A stretch of 57,395 nt of DNA from contig JAQWJX010000061.1 in assembly GCA_029248145.1 (NCBI GenBank), positions 1 through 57,395 on the forward strand, in the 5' to 3' direction. Position numbers and translations under genes: made by a program. The notes below the pieces were generated by a model. The model did not search any database, was not told the DNA's origin, and saw only the letters and a program-made list of their open reading frames with translations. The number at the start of each line of letters is the position of its first letter. Positions within the stretch are counted from its first letter, which is position 1. Below are positions 1 to 9,623 of this stretch, piece after piece. This stretch comes from Schleiferiaceae bacterium. Its GTDB lineage: Bacteria > Bacteroidota > Bacteroidia > Flavobacteriales > Schleiferiaceae.

Positions 1-77
1 GACATCGAATAATCGATGTAGGAGCTTTTCATTTGCTCCTCAATATTTACGGGAATAATGCGTTCTCCCTGCGCCAT
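1..77 (-). CDS. gyrA: DNA gyrase subunit A, N-terminal fragment (gene runs off the left edge)
   Basis: Reverse-strand ATG at 75-77 opens a frame reading MAQGERIIPVNIEEQMKSSYIDYSMS to the window edge. This matches the conserved GyrA N-terminus (IPxNIEEEMKxSYxDYSMSV). It is too short to appear in the ORF track. Confidence 0.75.
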   Translation of the reverse strand, partial: MAQGERIIPVNIEEQMKSSYIDYSM

Positions 78-123
78 ATTGTCAGTATTTAGTGCGGCCG
101 AAGCCGGGTTTTTTCGTAATTTT

Positions 124-131
124 CAAATATA
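124..131 (-). promoter_or_regulatory. Candidate Bacteroidota -7 promoter box (TATATTTG on the minus strand) for gyrA
   Basis: Plus-strand CAAATATA equals minus-strand TATATTTG, matching the TAnnTTTG consensus 47 nt upstream of the gyrA ATG. Confidence 0.35.
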
Positions 132-144
132 GCTTTTTGAAGCT

Positions 145-178
145 CCTTAAGTCCCATCGGCTCCCGGTTTACTTAAGG
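145..178. promoter_or_regulatory. 8-bp perfect inverted repeat CCTTAAGT-N18-ACTTAAGG in the gyrA/clpC divergent spacer
   Basis: Read directly: CCTTAAGT at 145-152 and its reverse complement ACTTAAGG at 171-178. Confidence 0.3.
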
Positions 179-181
179 CAT

Positions 182-190
182 TTATCCACA
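182..190 (+). promoter_or_regulatory. Perfect consensus DnaA box TTATCCACA
   Basis: Exact 9-mer TTATCCACA, 4 nt after the inverted repeat. It is a single copy, so its function is uncertain. Confidence 0.25.
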
Positions 191-245
191 TTCGAATGTT
201 AACAAACCTTTGAATTGTACCCTGTGAACTGCCGAAAAGACCATT

Positions 246-253
246 TAGATTTG
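246..253 (+). promoter_or_regulatory. Candidate -7 promoter box TAGATTTG for clpC
   Basis: Matches TAnnTTTG 58 nt upstream of the clpC ATG. No well-spaced -33 TTTG was seen. Confidence 0.3.
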
Positions 254-311
254 AATAGAACCCTTTGGCACGTATTGTGTTCTTAGAGTAACGTACCACA
301 AAACAACAATT

Positions 312-2942
312 ATGGAAGAGAACTTTAGCCCCAGAGTGAGAGATGTGATCACCTTTAGTAAGGAAGAAGCACTGCGTCTAGGCCATGATTATATAGGAAC
401 GGAGCATCTTTTGCTCGGTATTTTAAGAGACGGCGATGGAACTGCCATTCAAATCTTGAAAGATTTAGGTTTAGACCTCAAACAAATTCGTAGTAAAATT
501 GAGCAGGTAGCCGCGCCTTATGCTACAAACACTCAGGTTAGTGGAAAAAACCTGCCGCTGACCCGTCAAGCCGAGAAAGCGTTAAAAACCACCTTTTTGG
601 AAGCAAAACTGTTTCAAAGTCCAGTGATTCGTACCCCGCATTTATTGTTGTGCATATTGCGAAACGACAACGATCCTATTAGTGGTATCATGGGTCAATT
701 AGGGGCTAGTTACGATGCTGTTAAAAGTGAATACCAGAGCAACTATATTGAAACGGATCGTGGTTTGGATGCTGACGATACAGATCTGACCTCCCCTTCA
801 ATGAGTTATGATGAAGATAATATGGACGACGCAAGTCGTGCAGGTGGGGCGCGGAAATCACCCCAACGCGAAAGAGGTAAAGAAAAAAGTAAAACGCCAG
901 TTCTCGATAATTTTGGGAAGGACTTAACGAAATCTGCGGCCCAAGGGAAATTAGATCCGGTAGTCGGTCGGGAGAAAGAGATTGAGCGAGTTTCTCAAAT
1001 TCTAAGTAGACGCAAGAAGAACAACCCCCTACTCATTGGTGAGCCTGGTGTAGGTAAAAGTGCTATCGCTGAAGGATTAGCTCTACGTATCGTGGACAAG
1101 CAAGTAAGTCGCGTTTTGTTCGATAAGCGAGTCGTGAGTTTAGATCTTGCTAGTCTAGTTGCCGGTACAAAATACCGCGGTCAGTTTGAAGAGCGTATGA
1201 AGGCGCTAATGAACGAATTAGAAAAAAACGACGATATCATCTTATTTATTGATGAATTACACACGATTGTGGGTGCTGGAGGAGCAACTGGAAGTTTAGA
1301 CGCTTCAAATATGTTTAAGCCTGCTCTAGCTCGCGGTGAGATTCAATGTATTGGTGCGACGACGTTGGATGAATACCGTCAATTCATTGAAAAAGATGGT
1401 GCCTTGGAGCGCAGATTCCAGAAGGTGACCGTAGATCCTACATCGCCTGAAGAGACCGTTCAGATTTTGAACAACATTAAGGATAAATACGAAGAGCATC
1501 ACAACGTACACTACACCTCGGATGCTATTGAAGCGTGCGTGCGTTTAACGCAACGCTATATCAGTGATCGGCACCTACCGGACAAAGCAATCGATGCGCT
1601 TGATGAAGCAGGTTCGCGCGTTCACATTACTAATATTGAGGTACCAGATGATATCACCCAGCTCGAAGCGAAACTAGAAGCGATCAAGGCAGAGAAAATA
1701 GCGGTTGTGAAAAGCCAGCGTTACGAAGAAGCTGCACGCCTTAGGGACGATGAAAAGAAGATTGAAGCACAATTAGAAAGTGCTCGTGAAGCCTGGGAGG
1801 CCAGTATTAAATTGAACAAAAAGACAGTGGATGAGCCAGAAGTGGCTGAAGTTGTAGCAATGATGACTGGTGTACCGGTTCAACGTGTCGCACAGCAGGA
1901 GCTTGAGAAACTCTCGCAAATGGAGGATCAATTGCGCTCAAACGTTATTGGTCAAGACGAAGCTGTAAAGAAGATCGTACGCGCCATACAACGGAACAGA
2001 GCAGGTCTTAAAGATCCTAACAAACCGATAGGGTCATTTATATTTTTAGGTCCGACAGGTGTGGGTAAAACCCAGCTCGCTAAAGAATTGACAAAGTTAC
2101 TTTTTGATAGTGAGGACAACATGATTCGCATCGACATGAGTGAATACATGGAGAAATTTGCGATCAGCCGTTTGGTAGGAGCGCCTCCAGGATATGTTGG
2201 ATATGAAGAAGGCGGCCAATTAACTGAAAGAGTACGCCGCAAGCCTTATTCGGTAATTCTCTTAGACGAGATAGAGAAAGCACATCCAGACGTTTTCAAT
2301 TTGTTACTACAAGCATTGGACGATGGTCAAATCACTGATAGTCTGGGGCGCCGTGTTGATTTTAAGAACACCATCATCATCATGACTTCGAATCTAGGTA
2401 GTCGGCAGTTGAAAGACTTTGGTACCGGGGTTGGATTTGGCACCTCTGCACGTGAACAACGCAAATCGGACCTTGAGAACAGTGTAATTCAAGGAGCTCT
2501 TAAGAAGGCCTTTGCTCCAGAATTCTTAAATAGGATTGACGATGTTGTCTTGTTCAACTCATTATCGAGAGAGGATATTCATCGCATTATAGATATTGAA
2601 TTGCGCAGTCTTTTCGGGCGTATCAAAGATTTAGGGTACCACATCAACCTAAGTGATAAAGCGAAAGATTTTGTCGCGGATGAGGGATTTGACGAAGCTT
2701 TTGGTGCTCGACCTTTAGCTCGTGCTCTTCAGAAGCTGATTGAGGATCCATTGGCAGAGAAGATTATATCTAAAGAAATTACCGAAGGAGATACCATTCA
2801 CATTGATCTTACTGGTGAGACTTTAGAGTTTAAAATAGAAAAGGCGCCGGTCTTAGAGCAGTCAGAACCGGAAGAACTTCCTGAAGCATCAACAGATGGT
2901 ACGTCAACTGTTGAGGAAGAATCTAAAGATTTGAAGAAGTAG
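312..2942 (+). CDS. clpC: ATP-dependent Clp protease ATP-binding subunit ClpC (class I AAA+ unfoldase)
   Basis: 876 aa. Two Clp_N repeats ([24 protein letters not shown]). Walker A motifs GEPGVGKS (D1) and GPTGVGKT (D2). A UVR-like coiled coil lies between the modules. A VGF ClpP-docking tripeptide is present (GTGVGFG). Confidence 0.9.
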   Translation: MEENFSPRVRDVITFSKEEALRLGHDYIGTEHLLLGILRDGDGTAIQILKDLGLDLKQIRSKIEQVAAPYATNTQVSGKNLPLTRQAEKALKTTFLEAKLFQSPVIRTPHLLLCILRNDNDPISGIMGQLGASYDAVKSEYQSNYIETDRGLDADDTDLTSPSMSYDEDNMDDASRAGGARKSPQRERGKEKSKTPVLDNFGKDLTKSAAQGKLDPVVGREKEIERVSQILSRRKKNNPLLIGEPGVGKSAIAEGLALRIVDKQVSRVLFDKRVVSLDLASLVAGTKYRGQFEERMKALMNELEKNDDIILFIDELHTIVGAGGATGSLDASNMFKPALARGEIQCIGATTLDEYRQFIEKDGALERRFQKVTVDPTSPEETVQILNNIKDKYEEHHNVHYTSDAIEACVRLTQRYISDRHLPDKAIDALDEAGSRVHITNIEVPDDITQLEAKLEAIKAEKIAVVKSQRYEEAARLRDDEKKIEAQLESAREAWEASIKLNKKTVDEPEVAEVVAMMTGVPVQRVAQQELEKLSQMEDQLRSNVIGQDEAVKKIVRAIQRNRAGLKDPNKPIGSFIFLGPTGVGKTQLAKELTKLLFDSEDNMIRIDMSEYMEKFAISRLVGAPPGYVGYEEGGQLTERVRRKPYSVILLDEIEKAHPDVFNLLLQALDDGQITDSLGRRVDFKNTIIIMTSNLGSRQLKDFGTGVGFGTSAREQRKSDLENSVIQGALKKAFAPEFLNRIDDVVLFNSLSREDIHRIIDIELRSLFGRIKDLGYHINLSDKAKDFVADEGFDEAFGARPLARALQKLIEDPLAEKIISKEITEGDTIHIDLTGETLEFKIEKAPVLEQSEPEELPEASTDGTSTVEEESKDLKK

Positions 2943-2943
2943 T

Positions 2944-4200
2944 CTATAACAGGAATACCTGGTCGGGATTTTGTTCGAGTAGCTTCATTCCTATAGCATT
3001 AATAGTGGGTGAAGGACTAACAGGTATAAAGTTGGTTCTCGCCCACTCTTCGTTTGTGAGGTAATCGTCCCCGGTGTAAATGCCGGTAATATTTCCACGC
3101 TCTATAAATAGTGCTCCAAGCTCACCTGCAGGAAGTGCAAGAATGAGCCGTTGGTTATTACTTTCTAATAATTGATTCAGCGCCTCTCTTTGAGTCCATT
3201 CCATTTTACGGGCCAATTGCAAATAATCGGCCAGCCACTGCTGCCCGGTAACGTAAGAACCAAACTTGCGTAGTGCTCCGCTCCCAATTGCTTTTTGAAC
3301 TACCCATTTCACCTCTCCTCTCCCATTCTCATAACTGTACAAGCCGAACTTTAGCGCCTGCTTCTTCTGCGCTTTATTTAATGGTGGCCAGTGTTGCCTG
3401 ATCAAATGGTCCTCGTAGATGAGACTTAAAGTTTCATTCGGGAAAATTTCGAAGCTAATGCTGTGGCATTCTTTCATTAGACGCTGGTACTTCGTTGCAC
3501 CTTGATCAGTGCTGAAGTGTTGAGTGATTCGGCTCTTAATATTCTTTGCTTTACCGATGTACAGTGGCATACCGAAAGCGTCCAGGAATTGGTATACGCC
3601 AGCCTCTTTTGGTAATTCGTCGTAAAAATGTGCCGGCATCAAGTCCGGAAGTTGAATACGCTTTAATAGACCCAATTTCGGATCATTTAACTTTTTATCG
3701 TCGTAATCCGCGGTGCAGCAGTGTATTAGTACTTCTGCGGCACACAGTGCGTCGCTTAGTGCGCGGTGAGGGTTATCATTAGCAACGGCTAAAGCCTGAG
3801 TTAGATGCGCTAGCGAATACCGACCAAACTCAGGGAACATGGCCTTTGCATATTTTACCGTACACAACTTTGGCATACGCCAATTGATTCCCGCTTCTTT
3901 GAATGCACGTTCAATAAAACTGTAATCGAAATTCACTGAATGTGCAACGAATACCGCACCGTCTAATTCGTCAAGTAATTCATGCGCTAAGGAAGCAAAC
4001 GTCGGAGCGTTGGCCACCATGTCATCTGTTATGCCCGTAAGCATCTGGATGTTGTATGGAATACTCCGGTCCGGCTTAACAAATGAAGACCAACTTCGTG
4101 TAATCTTATTGTGTTGTACATGTACAATACCTATTTCAGTAATGTCGTTTCCATTGGGTCTGCCTCCGGTGGTTTCTATATCTACAACTACATAATGCAC
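2944..4200 (-). CDS. DnaQ-like DEDDh 3'-5' exonuclease fused to a GIY-YIG nuclease domain (Cho-like), plus a C-terminal region of unknown function
   Basis: Exo motifs VVVDIETTGG, HSVNFDYSF and HRALSDAL are followed by the GIY-YIG signature GVYQFLD...PLYIGKAKNIKSRITQHF. The last ~150 aa carry no motif I recognise. Confidence 0.8.
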   Translation of the reverse strand: MHYVVVDIETTGGRPNGNDITEIGIVHVQHNKITRSWSSFVKPDRSIPYNIQMLTGITDDMVANAPTFASLAHELLDELDGAVFVAHSVNFDYSFIERAFKEAGINWRMPKLCTVKYAKAMFPEFGRYSLAHLTQALAVANDNPHRALSDALCAAEVLIHCCTADYDDKKLNDPKLGLLKRIQLPDLMPAHFYDELPKEAGVYQFLDAFGMPLYIGKAKNIKSRITQHFSTDQGATKYQRLMKECHSISFEIFPNETLSLIYEDHLIRQHWPPLNKAQKKQALKFGLYSYENGRGEVKWVVQKAIGSGALRKFGSYVTGQQWLADYLQLARKMEWTQREALNQLLESNNQRLILALPAGELGALFIERGNITGIYTGDDYLTNEEWARTNFIPVSPSPTINAIGMKLLEQNPDQVFLL

Positions 4201-4258
4201 CGCGTAAAGCTAGGTATACCTTATCTATTCCTTCGAGTGCAGTTCGTATATTTATCCA

Positions 4259-4723
4259 ATGGATTTCCTCGTATGGATTTTATTGATTTTGGGTGTTATT
4301 GGCGCAGTACTACCGTTATTGCCGGGCCCCTTGCTGTCCGCAGCCGGTATGATGCTTTTGACCCAGTCTCCTTCCCTATCCGCAGATACCGAAATGTATA
4401 TTTACATGTGGTCATTTGTGGGACTACTGTTTTTCTTGGCCGATTATTTTTTACCTGGATATATAGCGAAGCGCGGTGGAGGCTCAAAGGCGGCCTCTAA
4501 AGGAGCGACAATTGGTCTTTTACTAGGTCTTATAACCGGTCCTGGAATGTTCGTTGGCGCATTTATAGGAGCCTTTATCGGGCAGTACAGTACCAATAAA
4601 AGCATAGGCAATAGTTTAAAAAGCGCATTGCTAGCCACGTTCGGTATAGCTCTTGGTATCATTGGGAAATTAATCTACACCCTGAGCGCAGTTGCATTGG
4701 TATTGTCACTAGCTTCGATTTAA
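4259..4723 (+). CDS. DUF456-like small polytopic membrane protein
   Basis: 154 aa, four hydrophobic segments. N-terminus WILLILGVIGAVLPLLPGP is typical of DUF456. TATATTTA lies 5 nt upstream of the ATG. Confidence 0.55.
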   Translation: MDFLVWILLILGVIGAVLPLLPGPLLSAAGMMLLTQSPSLSADTEMYIYMWSFVGLLFFLADYFLPGYIAKRGGGSKAASKGATIGLLLGLITGPGMFVGAFIGAFIGQYSTNKSIGNSLKSALLATFGIALGIIGKLIYTLSAVALVLSLASI

Positions 4724-4728
4724 TACCT

Positions 4729-5268
4729 ATGGAAATACAAGTCAGCTCATCCTACACACTCAGCTACCCGGAATTGCACTTTCCCGATGGAATTACCTTC
4801 GTCACGGGACCTTCTGGAGTAGGAAAAACAACGTTATTGCGTGCGCTACATGGTGAACTCAATTCTGAATTAGCGTTTATCGTAAATAAACAGAAGACCG
4901 CCCTGATGCCGCAGCAACAGCATTGGATTAGCTACATGACGATGAAAGAGCAGTTGTCAATGACCGTGGGTAAATTATGGGAATCCCTTGCTATCCATCT
5001 GGGACTACAGAATCATTTCGAAAAACTACCGGCAGAACTAAGCATCGGACAACAACAGCGTTTTTGGCTCTCTTGGGTTCTAGCTGAAGATTCCCAATGG
5101 ATACTATTAGATGAACCTACAAGCGCACTAGACGACGATTGGGCGACTGCCGCGATACAACTATTCGAGCAAATTCGTAAGGATTATCCACATAAGAAAA
5201 TGGTTATTGTATCACATGATGTTAGATTACTTCAAACTGATATAGAGGATCACCTTATCGCCTTATGA
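4729..5268 (+). CDS. Minimal ABC transporter ATP-binding protein (179 aa)
   Basis: Walker A GPSGVGKT, Q-loop LMPQQQ, degenerate signature LSIGQQQR, Walker B ILLDEPTSALD, H-loop VSHD. The protein ends about 15 aa after the H-loop. Confidence 0.8.
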   Translation: MEIQVSSSYTLSYPELHFPDGITFVTGPSGVGKTTLLRALHGELNSELAFIVNKQKTALMPQQQHWISYMTMKEQLSMTVGKLWESLAIHLGLQNHFEKLPAELSIGQQQRFWLSWVLAEDSQWILLDEPTSALDDDWATAAIQLFEQIRKDYPHKKMVIVSHDVRLLQTDIEDHLIAL

Positions 5269-6344
5269 AACTAATACTTAAAATTTGGTGGTCACAGGTC
5301 CGAAAACGTTGGGTTGTTTTGGGTATTGCTTTGTTACTCTCTTTACTTACCTCTATCGTATTGCATTTACCTGGTGCTGCACAGCGCTATATGTATCAGC
5401 GTTGGCAGGAAAGTGCTACGCTCGTTGATGTTGTGATTGGGTATAAGGGTGCGCCTACCCAGATCGTGGCCAGCGCATTATACCGTATGGAGAACCCTAC
5501 CGGTAATCTTCCCATTGAGACTGCAGAATATTGGCGAATGCACCCGTTAGTGCAAGAGGTTTGCCCCATTTCCCTCGGTGATAATATCGAAGGAATCCCT
5601 GTTATTGGTGTTGATACAAATTACTACGATTGGTTTGGTCTTCACTTCGAGCAAGGGAATAGGCCTTTAAATGCCAATGAAATCGCAGTAAGTGCTACGC
5701 TCGCGGCTCAGCATAAATATGTTCTTGGTGCAACGGTTCACACCGCCCACGGTAGTGATTCGAGAGGTGAAGCACATGCGCACCACGATCTATTGATATC
5801 GGGCATATTTTCTGCCGATCGTACTGCGGATGAGCAGTCGTACTTTGTGACAAACGCATCTTATTCAGGCATGCATAATACTGATAATAAAGATTTTACC
5901 TCATTGTTAATGAAGTTAAAATCTAAATCAGGGCTATTAATGCTTCCCCGGGTTATTGCTAATCGAAAAAATGAACAAGGCGCATTTCCAGTATTTATTT
6001 TTGGTCAATTGCAAAAACAATGGCAACCCACTTTGGATCAAGCAACATTCTACGGAAAGCTACTTTCGTCATTTGTCGCATTACTTTTTATTGCCTTCCT
6101 CTACTTCATCGGAATGACCGAAAACACTACCATGCAGCTCCTACGTGTAAAAGGAATAAAAAGCAGTAAAGCTTTTTTAGCTACCTATGGTCTCTATCTC
6201 TTTGCTGGTTTTGGAGGATTATTCAGTGGAATCCAACTTTTCAATGTATTTGGCATGCCTTTAACGCTAGAACAAGGGGCCATTGGCTTGGTTCCACTCA
6301 TATTGTCCGCTTTCCTACTCTATATGAAGACGAATAAGAAATGA
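5265..6344 (+). CDS. ABC transporter permease, MacB/FtsX-type topology
   Basis: One N-terminal TM helix, an extracytoplasmic domain of about 230 aa, then three C-terminal TM helices. Its start overlaps the ATPase stop by 4 nt. Confidence 0.7.
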   Translation: MKLILKIWWSQVRKRWVVLGIALLLSLLTSIVLHLPGAAQRYMYQRWQESATLVDVVIGYKGAPTQIVASALYRMENPTGNLPIETAEYWRMHPLVQEVCPISLGDNIEGIPVIGVDTNYYDWFGLHFEQGNRPLNANEIAVSATLAAQHKYVLGATVHTAHGSDSRGEAHAHHDLLISGIFSADRTADEQSYFVTNASYSGMHNTDNKDFTSLLMKLKSKSGLLMLPRVIANRKNEQGAFPVFIFGQLQKQWQPTLDQATFYGKLLSSFVALLFIAFLYFIGMTENTTMQLLRVKGIKSSKAFLATYGLYLFAGFGGLFSGIQLFNVFGMPLTLEQGAIGLVPLILSAFLLYMKTNKK

Positions 6345-6757
6345 AAAAGCTACTAGTCATATTATTCATTAGTCTTGTTTCAAATCCAGTGATGGCACAG
6401 AAAGTCGTTCCTTGGGAGCTTCTTGCTGTCCCCTATTCGACTACGCCAGATGGTCTTTACGAGCCTCAATTCCCCTCATATTTAGATCCATACGAGCTAC
6501 AAGAGGTAGTTCTCCAAGGATATCTCGTACCGGTCGATGTGGAAGGAAGTCAATATGCTTTGAGTCGATATGCATTTTCGAGTTGTTTTTTCTGCGGAAA
6601 CGCCGCACCTAATACTGTAGTTGAATTGGTCTTTAAAGAACGACCTGATGCTTTAATTACCGACCAATTCGTAGTGGTAAGAGGTCTTTTAGTTCTGAAT
6701 AAAAAGGATCCTTATCGATTATTCTTTATCCTTAAAAATGTGGAATTCGCAGGATGA
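6341..6757 (+). CDS. Secreted small protein, paralog 1 (tentatively DUF3299-like), FSSCFFCG motif
   Basis: Signal peptide MKKLLVILFISLVSNPVMAQ. Conserved block QYALSRYAFSSCFFCGNAAPNTVVEL is shared with the next ORF. 4-nt overlap with the permease gene. Confidence 0.55.
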   Translation: MKKLLVILFISLVSNPVMAQKVVPWELLAVPYSTTPDGLYEPQFPSYLDPYELQEVVLQGYLVPVDVEGSQYALSRYAFSSCFFCGNAAPNTVVELVFKERPDALITDQFVVVRGLLVLNKKDPYRLFFILKNVEFAG

Positions 6758-7173
6758 AAAGACTAGCGCTAATCCTATTCATAAACCTGTTTACAGCAGG
6801 CTACGCACAAGAGCGCCTAACTTGGAGCACGTTCGAGCGATTGAATTTTGAGGAGGTTTACGAGCCTACGACTGCAAGTTGGGTGCAAGTACCCGTCTGG
6901 ACGGAAGAATTAAAGCAATGGAATGGGAAAACAGTTCAGATTACAGGATATATCATCGCGTTAGATGCTGTTAACGGGCAGTATGCGCTTAGCGCCTTTC
7001 CATTCTCGAGTTGTTTCTTTTGTGGTGCAGCTGGTCCGGAAAGCGTTTTAGAATTGGACCTGAAAATGAAAGAAAAATACCTTACTGATGAAGTCATCAC
7101 TTTTAAAGGTGTTTTGGAACTAAATGCGGATCCTTTAAAATTTCCGCTCACTCTTAGAAATGCAATAGAATGA
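6754..7173 (+). CDS. Secreted small protein, paralog 2 (tentatively DUF3299-like), FSSCFFCG motif
   Basis: Signal peptide MKRLALILFINLFTAGYAQ. Conserved block QYALSAFPFSSCFFCGAAGPESVLEL. Collinear with paralog 1 over the whole length. Confidence 0.55.
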   Translation: MKRLALILFINLFTAGYAQERLTWSTFERLNFEEVYEPTTASWVQVPVWTEELKQWNGKTVQITGYIIALDAVNGQYALSAFPFSSCFFCGAAGPESVLELDLKMKEKYLTDEVITFKGVLELNADPLKFPLTLRNAIE

Positions 7174-8171
7174 TGGCTTTAAAGCGTATTTTATTAAGTT
7201 TTGCTAGTGCACTATTACTAGGTACGGCATTTTATTATTCAGGACCCACTTCTACTGTACCAGTCTACGATTTATCCTTGCCTACAGTAAACACCTCCTT
7301 TGATGCGATTAACGATAGTCTACTACATTTTGATACTAATTTGAAAGTAGAACCTTGCGCTATAAGTACTGTAAACTGGTATGATAGCGTGGGGCAAACG
7401 GAATATGTCTTACTGTATTTACACGGTTTTAGCGCCACTCAACACGAAGGTGATTCAGTTCGATATTGGATTGCTAACAGATTACAAGCGAACGCATATT
7501 ACCCTCGTATAGCTGGTCACGGATTGGAGGAGGAAGATTCGGTTCGTTATGCTACTTTCACTGCAACTGCTGCCTGGGAAAAGGCAAAGAAGGATTTTGC
7601 ATTAGCAACTACACTGGGCAAGAAAGTCATCATTATGTCTTGTAGCACGGGTACTCCATTGGCCTTGAAACTGGCTGCTACATACCCAGAGAAAGTATAC
7701 GCATTAGTGAATTACAGTCCTAACATAAGGCTGAATGATCCTTTAGCTGCGTTGGTTAATGATCCATGGGGACTGGAGTTACTAAAGTGGAGCTCAAGTC
7801 AAGCTTTTCGTGACCTTTCACCCCGTGAAGATGGAATAGTTGAAGACTGTAAACACCGCTCCTATTGTTGGGAAAGCGTCATTCAGATGCAATGGCTCTT
7901 AGAGACAACGATGATAGAATCAACCTTTAAGGCTGTAAGGGCACCTTCGCTGACCATGATGTGGAATGAATCCGATGAAGTAAGAGACAGAGTAGTCAGC
8001 GTTGAGAAAGCACAATGGATGCACGAAAACTTGGGATCTTCTGTGAAGCAATGGACCAATTGTGCTTGTAAAGACCATGTTATTCAAAATTATCAGACTA
8101 GTAAAGCAGTCGAACATGTCCTTGAAACGACTCACACCTTCTTAATGCAACTCGCTGAAGATGGTATTTGA
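7170..8171 (+). CDS. Alpha/beta-fold hydrolase, membrane-anchored or secreted
   Basis: N-terminal hydrophobic segment. Oxyanion-region LLYLHGFSAT. Nucleophile-elbow variant S-C-S-T-G. C-terminal His in CKDHV. Confidence 0.6.
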   Translation: MMALKRILLSFASALLLGTAFYYSGPTSTVPVYDLSLPTVNTSFDAINDSLLHFDTNLKVEPCAISTVNWYDSVGQTEYVLLYLHGFSATQHEGDSVRYWIANRLQANAYYPRIAGHGLEEEDSVRYATFTATAAWEKAKKDFALATTLGKKVIIMSCSTGTPLALKLAATYPEKVYALVNYSPNIRLNDPLAALVNDPWGLELLKWSSSQAFRDLSPREDGIVEDCKHRSYCWESVIQMQWLLETTMIESTFKAVRAPSLTMMWNESDEVRDRVVSVEKAQWMHENLGSSVKQWTNCACKDHVIQNYQTSKAVEHVLETTHTFLMQLAEDGI

Positions 8172-9618
8172 TTCACCTCAATGGCTATGGGCGACTGCTT
8201 TAGCACTTATCGTACCGATCATCCATTTATTAGGTCGACGAGCGATCCAGCCCGTTTCTATTCCCTCCTTAATGTGGCTGGACCAATTCAAAACTCAAGA
8301 TCGCCGACGCAATAAGTTGAAAGAGTGGCTTCTAGTTTTACTTCGAATGCTTGTTATTTCCTTGTTCTTTTTTTCACTAGCTGGACCAAAAATTTCGAGT
8401 AAATCCACAAAACTTCTCTTCGATAATACTCCAGTGTTTTGGTCTCAAAAAGAGTCCTGGTTGCCTATGGCCCTTGATCTGCTACCAAAAGAAATGTATA
8501 CGCTACATGTTAGAGGCGGTATATCATTAGGAACGTTTCGTTACGATGAATTAGAAGAGGCTCTTGAAGATTGGCCGCCTTCTTCCGCGCCTTTGCAGGA
8601 TTTTGAGAAGGCTACTCTCATTTCTGCAGGCTTCACCAGTCTTCCAACGGGGGCTTCTCATTATTACCTTCCCAAGCGAAAGGCACTGTTCAATAGTTCC
8701 GTAGCTCTAGTGAACGAAAATACCCGAGAACAGACCTTTACCATCATCAACGGCCCACATAATGGCGGTTGGGAGTTGCGTGATTCAAGTAAATTATTAT
8801 TGCAAGAATTCGATAGCATCGTGAGTATCCCCTGGTGGTCTATTCCTTCAGATGAATTGTTTTTGAGCTATACCGGGGATTCTATCATTGAAGATAATCG
8901 GCAAAAGCTCTATCGCCCTAGTCGGTTACCAATTATCGCAGTGAATGCAAAGGGCTCATCGAATCTAAGTGCATTACCTATAGATCAAAAATTGACATAC
9001 ACCAATGCGACTGATTTAGCGTCATTGCCGTTAAAAGCAATACTGGTATTAAATGGCTTTTCCTTTATACCTGATGTTATTACGAATGAAGATTACATAA
9101 TTCTTCGTATCGCAGGTGCACCAACGAAAACATTAGAGGAAGAAGCATTACCCGTATTGGATGAGAACTTTTATAAAGACTATTTTATTGGGGCTTCGGA
9201 GCAAAACCGTTGGCCTAACCCTAGGCTTTGGAGCGGCGATAATATGACTCATTTACAGCCTTTTTTGCGTACTTCAGGAGGAATCGTTATTGCAGGTTGG
9301 CAGAAGATAGTTGATGGTCCAACGATTTATGAGCAGTCCTTTCCTATCGAAAATTCAGATCATCCGTATTATAGAGCCCTTTTGCAGTGGGCGTCTAGTC
9401 ACCAATTGCAAAAGCATAAGGTGGAACTAATTAATTACGGCGATGATAAATATGATGCTAATGTGAGAAGATTAGAGGAAGATAAAGTCCAGTATTACAG
9501 CTGGTCTACAACGCCCACTAATACAAGAAGTTCTGTCCAATTTTGGTCGGAAAGTAAAATAGCTTTGGCACTTGCATTGTTTTGCGCACTAATTGCCCTT
9601 ATTTTTGCTAAAATTTAA
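8161..9618 (+). CDS. Membrane protein with a BatA-type N-terminal double-transmembrane domain and a C-terminal TM anchor
   Basis: N-terminus PQWLWATALALIVPIIHLLGRR followed by a second TM helix. C-terminal IALALALFCALIALIFAKI. The middle 400 aa has no recognisable motif. Confidence 0.5.
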   Translation: MVFDSPQWLWATALALIVPIIHLLGRRAIQPVSIPSLMWLDQFKTQDRRRNKLKEWLLVLLRMLVISLFFFSLAGPKISSKSTKLLFDNTPVFWSQKESWLPMALDLLPKEMYTLHVRGGISLGTFRYDELEEALEDWPPSSAPLQDFEKATLISAGFTSLPTGASHYYLPKRKALFNSSVALVNENTREQTFTIINGPHNGGWELRDSSKLLLQEFDSIVSIPWWSIPSDELFLSYTGDSIIEDNRQKLYRPSRLPIIAVNAKGSSNLSALPIDQKLTYTNATDLASLPLKAILVLNGFSFIPDVITNEDYIILRIAGAPTKTLEEEALPVLDENFYKDYFIGASEQNRWPNPRLWSGDNMTHLQPFLRTSGGIVIAGWQKIVDGPTIYEQSFPIENSDHPYYRALLQWASSHQLQKHKVELINYGDDKYDANVRRLEEDKVQYYSWSTTPTNTRSSVQFWSESKIALALALFCALIALIFAKI

Positions 9619-9623
9619 TCGAG

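Noticed and set aside
104-125. Terminator-like CGGC-CGAA-GCCG hairpin followed by a T6 run upstream of gyrA
   Set aside because: The stem is only 4 bp, and it lies between two divergently transcribed genes where a terminator has no obvious role.
1326-2242. Antisense ORFs inside clpC (1326-1511 and 1952-2242, 61 and 96 aa)
   Set aside because: They lie entirely within a strongly supported 876-aa gene on the other strand. They have low-complexity, odd composition and no start context. These are typical shadow ORFs.
4111-4500. 129-aa plus-strand ORF spanning the exonuclease start and the DUF456 gene, plus 4010-4195, 4296-4487 and 4444-4662
   Set aside because: They overlap better-supported genes in other frames, and the proteins have no coherent hydrophobicity or motif pattern.
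5184-5192. Second perfect DnaA box TTATCCACA
   Set aside because: It lies inside the ABC ATPase coding sequence with no neighbouring boxes, which is consistent with chance.
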